A stretch of 64,000 nucleotides of DNA from Corallochytrium limacisporum Hawaii (taxonomy: Eukaryota > Protista > Pluriformea), in assembly GCA_002811645.1 (NCBI GenBank), contig PDIP01000002.1:131683-195682 (forward strand). Reading direction: 5' to 3'. The notes under the pieces are model-generated. The model did no database searches, was not told the origin of the DNA, and was given only the letters and a program-made list of their open reading frames with translations. Position 1 is the first letter of the stretch; each line of letters starts with the position of its first letter. A program made the translations under genes and the position numbers. Below, piece by piece: positions 21,266-31,640 of the stretch.

Positions 21266-22606
21266 CTACTCTGCCGGAGGGGCAATGTCCTCTAGTGTCT
21301 TGTGGGCTTCGGCTAATTCGACAGCCTCTTCAGTGTCATGCATTTCGTTGCCGACACCTGCGATCATCGTCAACAGTATGTGCATGCAGATCGCACAGGT
21401 AGCCATGAAAATGGCACAGACGATCCAGTACGAAGATAACTCCCAGTCCTGCAGCATGACCACAACTACAATCATGTTGAGCGGTACACGGAAATACGTC
21501 ATCACAGTTGACCTTGTCGCCTCTGGAACGTAAATACTTCGCAGAGTGCTAAGGGCAGGCCAGAACATTCCCACACAAGCCTCAAATATACAGAAACACA
21601 CAAGCAATATCAAGGGATTGGAAGTAATGGCCGGTAAATACAAGCAGAGGCCGCTTACTGCAAATACATAGCGCATAAAATCCTCTGGTTTCCTGTGCTG
21701 GTCCACGAGGTACTCAAAAACGCCTGATCCAATCATACATGCAATCATGAACGATGCAAAGATGTAGCCATGGGGCACGTCTCCGTCATAAGAATTGAAT
21801 GCCGGGGTCCACAGGAGTACGAAAATATACATTCCGCCTTCAAACATGCTCTGGACTACACCTAGCAGCAGGACGCGACGGTCACGCCGAATGCAGTCAA
21901 GGGCATGCTTCATCATAGTTTGCACATCGAACGAGGTCTCTCCGTAATTCTCGGTCCATTTGGTCGAGATCATATACATCAGAATACCTAGAATGATGGC
22001 AGCCATATCGAAAGGAGCAACTTTTGAACTGAAAGTCTCCACGGCTAAGTTTGCGGCCACGCCGCAGACAATGGCAGTCAGAGAGTTCAGAAGAGATGCC
22101 TTTGCGAAGGTGTGACTAAGTGTGTCTTTGCCAAAGTCTTGGGCTCCATGCTCGTGTACAAGCCAGCTCTCAAACGCACTGAACAGAATGGAAGTAGCAA
22201 TACCTGCAAGAAGTCTACCCGCCATGAGGATCTCCAGATGGTTAAAATGCTTCGTTGCACAGGACACTGCATAAGTGATACAGTAGACCATACACATGTT
22301 CTTGCGCCCATATTTGTCCGCAAGTGACCCTGTAAATGTACCAAATACTAGACTGGAACCAAATCCTACTACAAAAAGAAGCTTGATATCTGCGTCTGTA
22401 ATCCCGTAGTCTGCATACAGCGCGTATACGTATGGTCCCTGCAGCCAGTCCGCACCAACTGCCAAAACGTACGGGATCAGATACAGTCTCTCAAAAGCAT
22501 GATACCGTGCTTCCGAAGCGGCAGCGGTTTGCCGCAATTTCTTGACCTTTTGAAACTGTACATAAGCACAGGTGATGGCGAGGACGACAAACACGTATGC
22601 GAACAT
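21266..22606 (-). CDS. MFSD5: Molybdate-anion transporter, MFS family (MOT2/MFSD5)
   Basis: ADWLQGPYVYALY, LADKYGRK, GRLLAGIATSILFSAFESWLVHEH, FEGGMYIFVLLWTP, LRSIYVPEATRSTVMTYFRVPLN; multiple transmembrane segments. Confidence 0.93.
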   Translation of the reverse strand: MFAYVFVVLAITCAYVQFQKVKKLRQTAAASEARYHAFERLYLIPYVLAVGADWLQGPYVYALYADYGITDADIKLLFVVGFGSSLVFGTFTGSLADKYGRKNMCMVYCITYAVSCATKHFNHLEILMAGRLLAGIATSILFSAFESWLVHEHGAQDFGKDTLSHTFAKASLLNSLTAIVCGVAANLAVETFSSKVAPFDMAAIILGILMYMISTKWTENYGETSFDVQTMMKHALDCIRRDRRVLLLGVVQSMFEGGMYIFVLLWTPAFNSYDGDVPHGYIFASFMIACMIGSGVFEYLVDQHRKPEDFMRYVFAVSGLCLYLPAITSNPLILLVCFCIFEACVGMFWPALSTLRSIYVPEATRSTVMTYFRVPLNMIVVVVMLQDWELSSYWIVCAIFMATCAICMHILLTMIAGVGNEMHDTEEAVELAEAHKTLEDIAPPAE

Positions 22607-23516
22607 AAGAGTTGAACATGTGAGATTTTGAAAGTCCCACGCATCGAAATGTCGTCAAGACCCTCAACGGTGTTACCAAGGCCAACGCCTTGAAATATCT
22701 TTCTTGTCGAAGCTACGACTCTGCAATCCATCATCAAGCAAACTCTTTCCTTCTTCGGGCACGATCAAGTCCCACAGGTCTAGAGGACGAAAAGCACTAA
22801 GATGCGAGGAAGTGAATCCGTGGCCCGGCATCCCGGCCCCTGAGACGGTGATCGGATCCCGTAGAGACAGTTCGCGGGAAGCGAATTTTGATATACTCAA
22901 TCTGGTTTCTTGTAACTATGGTTTATGTACGGTATGGACAGAACAAATTTTAATCATACCGACGTCTTCTAAATTTAGCCTCCTTGTTGGTCGGGTACTG
23001 GAAAGGGGCATAGCTCGCACAGCCCAAAAAAGATACTGAGCGGGGGGTATCGGAGGAGTACCGAGCGAGGCAAACACCGGGTCACACGAACCGTGGCCAG
23101 AAAGAAGAAGGGGTGGTGGGGGGGGTTCTTGGTCTGCGTTGTGCGTGGCGGTGGTGGTGCGGTGCGCCTGGTGTTGTGGCGCTGCTGCCCATCCGTTTTT
23201 GTTATTTCTGTTTGGAGATAACCAGGTTTCGCGTGGCCCGTGCGTGTCATCTGCTGCTGTCGCCTGAGCCAAATTGGTTGCCCCCATAGTGAAGATATGG
23301 ACAGCAGTTAATTGCACGGACCCAGGACTGCAAGTTTTGGTCCCGTACCGCACCATAGGAAGGCAAAGCTGTGGGACGGGCGGGAAAACCTTGGCCACCG
23401 GGCCGGGGTATCATTCGATGAGAACCCCGCCTTTCGTCCCTTCGTCTGTAAAGGCGCACAGCCGAACGGCAAGCAGTTGGCCACCGGACATGTGAAAAAA
23501 TGTGAACGGTGAACCG

Positions 23517-23615
23517 GTAATGACTGGGGAACAAATTGAAATACAGGCATCAGAAGGGTATACTTTGCTGAGGTATTCAAAGGGGCGTCAGGACAGTGTT
23601 TGCTAATCTTGGCAG
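23517..23615 (+). other. Putative 5'-UTR intron of synaptogyrin
   Basis: G|GTAATG donor, GCTAAT branch site at 23602, GGCAG acceptor. Confidence 0.4.
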
Positions 23616-23635
23616 GTACTGCATAGCCCGGGGAC

Positions 23636-24292
23636 ATGGAGATTGTGAACTTTCTTGTGAGTTTCCGGCAAAAAGTTTCAACTATGGATCGTATTGACGT
23701 AAACAGTCTCAAGGATACAACCTTGACGTATCTCAGCAAGCCGTCATTTATGCTGCGGTTTGTTGAGTTCTTCATGGCTATGATAATTTTCGCTTGCATT
23801 GCGGGCAACTTGAGGCCGGAACGGGACAATGATGACTACTGTGTCCTGAACAAAGATTCTGCTGTGTGTAGCTATGGAATCGGAATAGGTGTGCTGGGCT
23901 GGCTCCTGACCATTGCCTTCATGGCGTTCGCGGTTTTTGCCGACAGCTTGTCTGGTCTGCACCAGCCTTTGGCTTTGATCGAAGCGGCTCTCAGTCTCAC
24001 CTGGTCCTTCCTGTTCTTCATCCTATTTTGCTGGGCCACAGACGCTTGGCGCAAGACCACTGACAATCTTACCCCTGCTCAACACAGCAACGCCAACAGT
24101 GTGATATTCTTTTCCTTCTTTAGTATTCTGGCCTGGGGATACTCAACGCTGCTGGCATGGCGCAGCTACCAGGATCCGGAAGACATGGGCTACAGTTGGG
24201 ACAACCAGTACCAGCGGGCAGACACGGGCGGCGACTTCAATCCGCCTCCCTTCGGGCAATCTTCGGGTGGAGGTTACCAAACCGGAGTGTAG
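23636..24292 (+). CDS. SYNGR: Synaptogyrin (MARVEL four-transmembrane vesicle protein)
   Basis: KPSFMLR...IIFACI, luminal CVLNKD..CSYGIGIGVLGWL, WSFLFFILFC, IFFSFFSILAW, Tyr/Pro/Gly-rich tail; alternative start at 23684. Confidence 0.88.
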   Translation: MEIVNFLVSFRQKVSTMDRIDVNSLKDTTLTYLSKPSFMLRFVEFFMAMIIFACIAGNLRPERDNDDYCVLNKDSAVCSYGIGIGVLGWLLTIAFMAFAVFADSLSGLHQPLALIEAALSLTWSFLFFILFCWATDAWRKTTDNLTPAQHSNANSVIFFSFFSILAWGYSTLLAWRSYQDPEDMGYSWDNQYQRADTGGDFNPPPFGQSSGGGYQTGV

Positions 24293-24435
24293 GCTATTTT
24301 ACGATAACTGAAAAAGAAAGAGCCAGTTGAACATGTCAACAAACAGGATTGGTCTTAATTGATTCTGTGTACTAATACAAGAGTAAGTTAGCATAGAGAG
24401 AGCACATTAAAATATGACTGGGCGGTAGAACTGTT

Positions 24436-27400
24436 TCATCCGCCCAGATGATCAGTGGCCCCGAAGTCACGACGGATGACCTCGCTAACTCCCAAACTGT
24501 TTCGCTGCACTATGTGCATAGTTCTGCACAGACGTCGCATATTTAACATCTTGACAAACTCAACGTCATGAGTGATCACCAAGAGCTGGAAAGAGTGCTG
24601 AATCTTCCGTTCCTCGACAATGTCGCAGACCGCTTGGGCTAGAGCCTCAATATTCTCTTTGTCCAGATTCGTGGTTGGTTCGTCCAGCGCCATAATGCCA
24701 CAGTCTAGTCCGAATTCCTCTGCCAGTGCGAGGCGGATTATCAGAGATGCCAGCACCTTCTGACCCGCACTGCATCGGTTCCTCATTTCCAATTCGGCCC
24801 CATTCTTGACCATGACAACTGAATAATCGTACGTACGCTTCGCATCTGCACCTGCTGTGGCTGTTTGATGTGCGCGGATGCGAATATTATCTACATCATT
24901 GCCACGGTACGTCTTGGACCAATAATGTGCGATTGTGCGATTGATATTGTCCATCTTAAGCCTGTGATACTTCTGAATGGCTAGTTCGACAGCTCGGAAT
25001 GTCGTATCCAGATCACTGGCGATGACCTTCTGGATCTCAAGGTCTACCTTGATTTGAATCATTTCATCTTCTGCTGCGGCATAGTACTGTTGATACTCGT
25101 CCTTCATGCGCTTTATCTCCTTCTTCCGGTTGTCCATGGTAGTAGCCAACGAGACCTCGTCGGTAATAGCTCTCTCCCGTCTCCGAACCTGTTGATCCAT
25201 TTCGATCTCAATATGTTCATTCGCCGAGCCAGGACCCCAGGTATGAGCAAACAGTTTCTTCAAATCTTCACACTCGGACTGCAGAGTATCTAAACCGGCC
25301 AGCAACTCCTTAAGCTGGAGATTGTCTCTCAACTTCTGCTTCTGTGCATCCCTGGTGTCCTTGTCTTTTAACAATGCTTGTACATTGCTCCGCAGAGTCT
25401 GTACCGTGTTCTCAGCAGTCTCCCTTTGTGTCACTATGTGCTTCAGAGAGGCCTTAATGTTCTGAATTCTGTCGAGGAGTTCTGCCTTGACTGTAGGTGA
25501 GGTGGCCGCATGCAAAGACTTGAAGGAGGTAACAGCCTCTGTCATTTGCAGTAGTTCATCAGAGAGGCCGTGTAGTTCTTCTGCATGTCTCTCGCGAAGC
25601 AATTGAGCTTGACGCACCGTTTCACGTTCCTTTGTTTGCAAGAGGCTTAATTCATTGCGGAGGCCTACAATGAGATCACCCGTAGCTTTAAATTCCTCAT
25701 TCTTTAGCGTGAGTGTTTCCTTGATTTGATCTACTTTGGCAACACCAGTCTCAAGTTCTCTACACTTCCCATTTGCCTGCTCGTGTTTCCTCCTGATTGT
25801 ATCCATTCGGTGGTGGTGATCATCAATATCGCTTTGCACACGGTCGAATTCCGTGCCCAGCTTCTCATGTCGGCTCCGAAGATCCTCCAGGGCTTGGTAC
25901 ATTTCCTTTTCGGTTACGCCATCACCAAGAAACGATCGTGCTAAGGAGCTGAGGACCGATTGCTCTGCGGCTAGTCTGTCTTGGATGGACTCAATTTGTG
26001 TCTCCCTGTGCACAAGATCACGAATATCATGACGCAAAGTCTCATTGGCTTCCATTTGCTGTTGAAGCGTGTCCAGTTTCAGCTCTGACTCGAGCAGATG
26101 CTGCTCAATTCGAACCAGCTGATGTTTCACAGATTCCATCTCCTTTTGTGCGGAAGTGTGATGCGCATTGTTCATCAGCTCCATCTTCACCCCTACGAGG
26201 TTCGTCAATACGTCAATTCTAGTCACTGTCGGCTCAATCTGCGCTTCTTGTTGTCGTGCACGCTCTGGTAGTTTTTCTAGTTTCTCCTCCAACTTCCTTA
26301 AGAGATCGATAGCATGCTGGCGCTTTTCAAAGGATCTCTGGCACAATGGACAACACTCATCTTCTTCCAGAGACTTAATCTGCTTCTTCACCTGAGCCTC
26401 TAGTACGGACACTGCCTTCGAATTCACTTTCAGGCTCTGGAGGTGATGCTCTTCGTCCACCAAGCATTTTTGGACTTCCTCTAATGACTTGGTATCGTCG
26501 TCTTTGCGACGTAGAGCTTCCATCTTTGCTTCAAGGTCTTCAAAGGCTGCCCTACGTTGCATGTCTTCCCTTCTCAAGTGTTCAAGCTCTGCCTTGGAGG
26601 CTGCGATCTCTTCCCGCAGATCGCTTTCCTCTTCACGCTTAGAGAATGTGTCCTCATCGGCCCGCTTTAGATTAAGCTTCGTGGAACTTACTTCTACATA
26701 CCAGTCTGTGCCGGATTCCCTGGCCTTCTGGTGAATTGCGGTCAGTTCTGCCTGGAGATGCTTCTCCTCAATTTCCAATTGCATCTCCAGTTTCTCTACA
26801 GATGCCTTCTGCCTGAAGTACTCAGACGCACTTCGAAGGTCTCCTTCGGCCTGCTTAATCTCCACGGTGAGCTCTGTCCTCTCCTTGCGAATTTCATCGC
26901 GTCGGGCATGCCAACGATTAACTTGCTCGGATTCCTCCATAGCAGTCATTTGTGCCTTGATTTCCTTTACTAGTCGCAGTTGGCGAAGGTATTCTCTATT
27001 GTCCTCTTCAATCTGCGCTACCTGAGCTCTCAATGCATCTTGCTCTCGTTTCAATATCTTCTGTTTCTGCTCTTGCTGCTGAATTCGTGTTTGGCGATCC
27101 TTCAGGGCCACTTGCGCCTCGTATGCCTGCCGTTCAGCAGCAGTCTCCTCTTCATGAAACGCTGCACGCTTTTCGCGTTGTGCTTCCTCCTTGTTGTTTT
27201 TGAGCATGCTTAGGGCGTCTTCAAATTCGAATGCCCCATCTTGGCTTTCTAAGCCTCCTGTGGATATAGCGATAGGAAATTGTTGTGCGAGCTTCTTCAT
27301 CATTGCGACCTTCTCGCTGCAGCGAGCTTCAAAATCAACATCCTGCCTTTCCACCCCACCGAGGTCCCTGCCAAGTTCCTTTTCTGTTTGGTTCAGCTGC

Positions 27401-28425
27401 TCCAGTTCCGCTTCATTTGTTAACAGTTCAGTTCTAGCTTGCTCGAGGTTCCTGTCATCTGTCGCGTCAGCGAAACAGTCCGCTGCAATCAACTGCGTCA
27501 GGTCGTCTACGGTAGCTTCCGCCATTAAATTGGACCCCAGTCGTGATTGCAAGTGCTCCACAGTCTCATTGCGGTGACCTAGCGTTGACTGCTTGTCTTC
27601 TAGTTCCCGTTCAGCCTGACGCTTCTCTTTTAGTTTCTCTCGCAATTCAGAGAGCCTCATCGATATGCTTGTTACTTCTTCTGTAAGCTTTGCATGCTCG
27701 GCATATTTTGTGTTCAGTTCTGCCTCGGCAGCTTTGTATGCACGCTTCTTCGTCTTTGCGATAGACACCTCCTTCATCTTGTTCTCAACATCTCTTTCGT
27801 TCAGTATCCTTTTCTGAGCGATGTCCTTCTTCTGTTTCTTTAGTTCGTTCAGCACTTGCTCATACCGATCGGAACTGAATATCTCATCAAACTTCTTCTT
27901 CACTGAAGAATTGTCTTTCAAAGGCCAGTTGCTGTCCTCTTGATGACAGAAAATAACATGCTCAAGCACAGACTTCGGCACCGCAAATAGTCCCACCACC
28001 TCATTGTCAAGGGTAGCAACTCTCGTGGCCCTTTGAACTCTCTGCCCAGTGATTTTGTCAATAAAGGTCAACTCACACTGTAAAGTTTTCACTGACGGAT
28101 TATTTGCACGGTCCAATTTTGACTCTAACCTTCGAGTACACTGGTAGTAATTACCATCCTTCGAATAGAAGGAAAGCTCCACTTTTGCCTTCGTATCCGA
28201 ACTCTTGCTTACTCTTGGATCATGAACAAAGAACGTTTTGTTGGATGGAGACTCGCCCGTAGTGACATACTTCAAGGCTTCAATGATAGTTGTTTTTCCA
28301 GCTCCATTCTCGCCACAGATGATAGTTAACGGACCACTGGTAAAGTCTATAGCCTGCTCGCGCTGAGATCTCGATCCTGCAAAGGAACGAAGTCCAGAAA
28401 ACTTTAGGGTGTCGAGATACGCCAT
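24436..28425 (-). CDS. RAD50: DNA repair protein Rad50
   Basis: GLRSF, Walker A GENGAGKTTIIEAL, VIFCHQEDSNWP, long coiled coil with zinc hook CPLC, signature CSAGQK, LDEPTTNLD, VITHD. Confidence 0.97.
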   Translation of the reverse strand: MAYLDTLKFSGLRSFAGSRSQREQAIDFTSGPLTIICGENGAGKTTIIEALKYVTTGESPSNKTFFVHDPRVSKSSDTKAKVELSFYSKDGNYYQCTRRLESKLDRANNPSVKTLQCELTFIDKITGQRVQRATRVATLDNEVVGLFAVPKSVLEHVIFCHQEDSNWPLKDNSSVKKKFDEIFSSDRYEQVLNELKKQKKDIAQKRILNERDVENKMKEVSIAKTKKRAYKAAEAELNTKYAEHAKLTEEVTSISMRLSELREKLKEKRQAERELEDKQSTLGHRNETVEHLQSRLGSNLMAEATVDDLTQLIAADCFADATDDRNLEQARTELLTNEAELEQLNQTEKELGRDLGGVERQDVDFEARCSEKVAMMKKLAQQFPIAISTGGLESQDGAFEFEDALSMLKNNKEEAQREKRAAFHEEETAAERQAYEAQVALKDRQTRIQQQEQKQKILKREQDALRAQVAQIEEDNREYLRQLRLVKEIKAQMTAMEESEQVNRWHARRDEIRKERTELTVEIKQAEGDLRSASEYFRQKASVEKLEMQLEIEEKHLQAELTAIHQKARESGTDWYVEVSSTKLNLKRADEDTFSKREEESDLREEIAASKAELEHLRREDMQRRAAFEDLEAKMEALRRKDDDTKSLEEVQKCLVDEEHHLQSLKVNSKAVSVLEAQVKKQIKSLEEDECCPLCQRSFEKRQHAIDLLRKLEEKLEKLPERARQQEAQIEPTVTRIDVLTNLVGVKMELMNNAHHTSAQKEMESVKHQLVRIEQHLLESELKLDTLQQQMEANETLRHDIRDLVHRETQIESIQDRLAAEQSVLSSLARSFLGDGVTEKEMYQALEDLRSRHEKLGTEFDRVQSDIDDHHHRMDTIRRKHEQANGKCRELETGVAKVDQIKETLTLKNEEFKATGDLIVGLRNELSLLQTKERETVRQAQLLRERHAEELHGLSDELLQMTEAVTSFKSLHAATSPTVKAELLDRIQNIKASLKHIVTQRETAENTVQTLRSNVQALLKDKDTRDAQKQKLRDNLQLKELLAGLDTLQSECEDLKKLFAHTWGPGSANEHIEIEMDQQVRRRERAITDEVSLATTMDNRKKEIKRMKDEYQQYYAAAEDEMIQIKVDLEIQKVIASDLDTTFRAVELAIQKYHRLKMDNINRTIAHYWSKTYRGNDVDNIRIRAHQTATAGADAKRTYDYSVVMVKNGAELEMRNRCSAGQKVLASLIIRLALAEEFGLDCGIMALDEPTTNLDKENIEALAQAVCDIVEERKIQHSFQLLVITHDVEFVKMLNMRRLCRTMHIVQRNSLGVSEVIRRDFGATDHLGG

Positions 28426-28939
28426 GACATACCGGACTTTCCTATTGAGTGTAATCTATCATTGGTTTCCAGTACATGAAATAAGACCTTTGCGGCCTTC
28501 TGCACGCAGTGTCAAATACGTTGATCCTGCACAATCCACGAACACGATGGTCTCACCTAAGATGGTCCCTACCCGCTCTGAGGTAAGCGAGATTTGCATG
28601 GCTGCTCCCACAAATTTGAGACCACTCTCCATAGATAACTCACTTTATCTTTTCGCGCCAAATACGCATTGTATATATATATTTTGGATCCGTCAAGAGG
28701 CTTGGAGTGGGGAAATCTGATTCATTTTCGATTAAATATTTTCTGTTATTAAGAATTGAGGTTTTGATTTGGAATATGGAATCCGGTCAACGCCTGCTGA
28801 TTGGTTGTTCGTGACCTCTGCCTTCTCCTGCTCCCCTGGCCCGCGCCTTGGGGCGAGCACCTCCGGAATGGGACACCGGAAGGGGGGCGCAAGCCCGAAC
28901 AGAGCCTCGTACGTACGGACGAACGAAGGGTGTCGATGA

Positions 28940-29108
28940 GTGAGTCTTCGTACCATGCACGCTTAGTGAACTCTTCAGAGTATTCCTTGCTTTCCGAATA
29001 TGGGGGTCTGGTACTTCAAATTTTGGACCGTCATCGTTAAAGGTAACAATCCAATAGATCAAAAACACAAATGGTTCCCATATTAATGCCGCGCCAGTAT
29101 TGTTTTAG
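28940..29108 (+). other. Putative 5'-UTR intron of MAGUK gene
   Basis: GTGAGT donor, ATTAAT branch-like site, TGTTTTAG acceptor 30 nt before ATG 29138. Confidence 0.45.
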
Positions 29109-29137
29109 GTTATTGCGGAATGAGATAGTTGTTCACC

Positions 29138-31189
29138 ATGGATGGTCTTCCGCCAGGAGATTTGGCGGCACTCCTTGCGGGCTGGCCGAAAGCGCTTGAA
29201 GAGGTTCTACAGGCCCAGTCTGGGGACGACAAAAAGATCAATATTGACTTTGTCAGAAGTTTCTTGAGCTCGAAATCATATGAGACAACACTAAAGTGCT
29301 TCAAGATTGCCCAGGAAGCAAGTAATAAGAAGCTTGAGAACGCAAAGGCACCGACGCGTGAGTCTTTAAAATGTTTGGAACGTACATTGGCAGCTCTAAA
29401 TGAGGATCCTGAAGCATCCTGCGGACTCGATCCGGATGAGCTGCAGCAATTACTCACTCTCCTCAGCTCTCCTCACCTTCACAGTATATTGCGAATTTGC
29501 GATCGAGTTGTGACGGGACAATACGCCAATTTCGACGCGGATACTTCGATACCAGCAAGTGGAGAGGGTGTCGTTGAAGGTGTTGCAAGTCCTCCCGTGG
29601 CCGCGGTGCCCACCGACGACGTGCTCCCAACTTCCACGGAATCCACGACAGCGCAAGAAGATAAAGTCGACGAGGTCAAGATTTCATTCATCGAAAAGAA
29701 GGATAATGCCGTTATCTTGAAGTCTAGAGAGGGTGCCTGGTCACGGTGCGGAGTTAATGTCGTTCGGTGCACGTCAGGGACATTCCGAATTGCAATGCTG
29801 GACGTTGATGCCGTTCATCCCGTCATAGCTGAACACCTTCGTATTGCTTACGAACTCGCAGAGATCAATGACAACCCAACCAAAGGAAGGGAGCCCGACT
29901 ATCTTGCTAGCATTTGTAGATCGCAACAAACAAATGTTCTCAAGTTTGTACCCCCCAAGGCGGAGTTTGTCGGATACGATGAAGTCCCTGGTGGCTCAAC
30001 CATCCTACGCTCCATGATCCAGTACGTACCGGAAGATGATGAATACGTTGGACACGCAAGTCTAGCGCTACGGTTAAGCAAAGGCACATTGTTTTACGTT
30101 ACAACTTGGGCTGCTAAATCTGTATTTTGGACTGGACGATTAGTTAACCCGGCGACCGGGGAGCCGACCGGCGTAACAGGACTGATTCCAAGTACTTCTC
30201 ACGCAGAGGAAATGTTCTCTGGGAGGGTCAGTGCCACACACAGTGATGAGCTTGCAGCACACTCACCTAGAACTAAGAGGAAGAAGTCTCGCTTCCTTGG
30301 CATTGTCCCGCGAAGCAGGAAGTCAAAGAGCGACTCCTTGCTGAAAGCGGAGGATGCTTTGCATGGAAAATCGAATGATGAGGTATTGCTGGACTCGGAG
30401 CACGCGTATGAGCAGGTGGTTTGGAACGATCCTGTTGGAAAAGAAACCCGTCCGGTTGTGTTCTGCCTAGTCGGTCCCAAAAATGTGGGCCGTAAAGAGA
30501 TCCGGGCCAATCTAATTAAAGACTACCCGACGGTGTTTTCAACACCGGTGCACGTCACCTTGCCGGCGCTCGGGGGAGTAGACACTGCAACCGTTAATGG
30601 CAAGGGTGCAGGCTCGAACCAAAAGAAGGGAACTGCTGCTTTCCGCAGTACTTTTCGAGACAAGGGAAAGAAGTCGATGAACACGTCCGAGCCGTCCGCA
30701 GCATTTGACCTCGATGGTTATATTGAAGTCTTCCCGGAAGCCCAGCCACCGTATGGCATTACAGTGGACAGTCTAATTCGTGCCACCGAGAGCGGAGTCA
30801 AGGCGTGTCTGTACAACTGCGACATTACCACTGCTATCAAACTGCGGAAGCGTACAGATATTGACTGCGCTATCGTGTTTGTTACCACTCCCACCATAGA
30901 GGTACTCAAGCGCCTGCGCCCCGGGGTGCCTACTGATATCCTCTGCAAGCTGCCGAACGAATGCGCAGAGATGCGGGCAACCTTCGAGCAGTACTTTGAC
31001 TTTAGCATCACCAATGCGGTTCTGGAAGATAGTTTGACCAGCTTCATCAATCTAGTGACAAAAATGAGCGAGTGCGGTCGGTTCATCCCCATGCCGCACA
31101 CCCATCCCAAACGTACGTACAAGAACGGTAGCTTCGTCTCTCCTGATGCAGCCTCCAGTCGCAACCACCATGACGGCGATGTCCCGTGA
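29138..31189 (+). CDS. MPP/p55-subfamily MAGUK (L27-PDZ-SH3-HOOK-GuK), divergent
   Basis: L27 (LQQLLTLLSSPHLHSILRICDRV); PDZ (LRIAYELAEINDNPTKG...LKFVP); MPP-type SH3 (QYVPEDD...LRLSKG...W...GLIPS); basic HOOK; YEQV; GuK (LVGPKNVGRKEI...YGIT...IVFV...YFD...N). Confidence 0.85.
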   Translation: MDGLPPGDLAALLAGWPKALEEVLQAQSGDDKKINIDFVRSFLSSKSYETTLKCFKIAQEASNKKLENAKAPTRESLKCLERTLAALNEDPEASCGLDPDELQQLLTLLSSPHLHSILRICDRVVTGQYANFDADTSIPASGEGVVEGVASPPVAAVPTDDVLPTSTESTTAQEDKVDEVKISFIEKKDNAVILKSREGAWSRCGVNVVRCTSGTFRIAMLDVDAVHPVIAEHLRIAYELAEINDNPTKGREPDYLASICRSQQTNVLKFVPPKAEFVGYDEVPGGSTILRSMIQYVPEDDEYVGHASLALRLSKGTLFYVTTWAAKSVFWTGRLVNPATGEPTGVTGLIPSTSHAEEMFSGRVSATHSDELAAHSPRTKRKKSRFLGIVPRSRKSKSDSLLKAEDALHGKSNDEVLLDSEHAYEQVVWNDPVGKETRPVVFCLVGPKNVGRKEIRANLIKDYPTVFSTPVHVTLPALGGVDTATVNGKGAGSNQKKGTAAFRSTFRDKGKKSMNTSEPSAAFDLDGYIEVFPEAQPPYGITVDSLIRATESGVKACLYNCDITTAIKLRKRTDIDCAIVFVTTPTIEVLKRLRPGVPTDILCKLPNECAEMRATFEQYFDFSITNAVLEDSLTSFINLVTKMSECGRFIPMPHTHPKRTYKNGSFVSPDAASSRNHHDGDVP

Positions 31190-31610
31190 AACACATAAGG
31201 GACTTGTTCGCCAATCTCTTTGAAAATTATGACTTCTTTACATTTGTGAATAGACGAGTTGTCCAATTCTCCAATATGGCAGGAAGACAACAGATTATTG
31301 GACGTTTGGCGCCACACACCACACCCCCTATCTTTCATGTCCCTCCTTTCTGCGGATCTCGTTTCTCTCGATCGCTGCTGTGCCTTTGTCCGCACTGATA
31401 TCTTGCTGTGTGGTCAGGTCGGTCGGGACAGCACCGCCACACACACTGTCTCCCTCCCTCTCGCTCTCTCAACGTCCCTCGCTCTCCGCATACGCTGCCT
31501 TGCGTACTCGTGGAGTGGAGACTAAAGCATTCGTGGTTGGTTGGCCCCCCGCCCGGCCCTCCTTCCCTCCGCTCAATTTTGACAGCGCTTCTGAATGGTT
31601 CCACCAAAAG

Positions 31611-31640
31611 GGCCCCCTCCTCCCCGGGGGGGGGGGGGCC
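31611..31640. promoter_or_regulatory. Palindromic element GGCCCCCTCCTCCCC|G13CC
   Basis: Two 15-nt arms symmetric about CC|GG, with two T opposite G. Confidence 0.5.

Noticed and set aside
22673-22900. ORF in frame with and upstream of MFSD5 (readthrough or N-terminal extension)
   Set aside because: TTG start, and three stops separate it from the MFSD5 ATG.
24436-31395. Antisense ORFs within RAD50 and the MAGUK (also within PAT1, HMGCL, ACTR10)
   Set aside because: Shadow frames of real CDS with no independent motifs.
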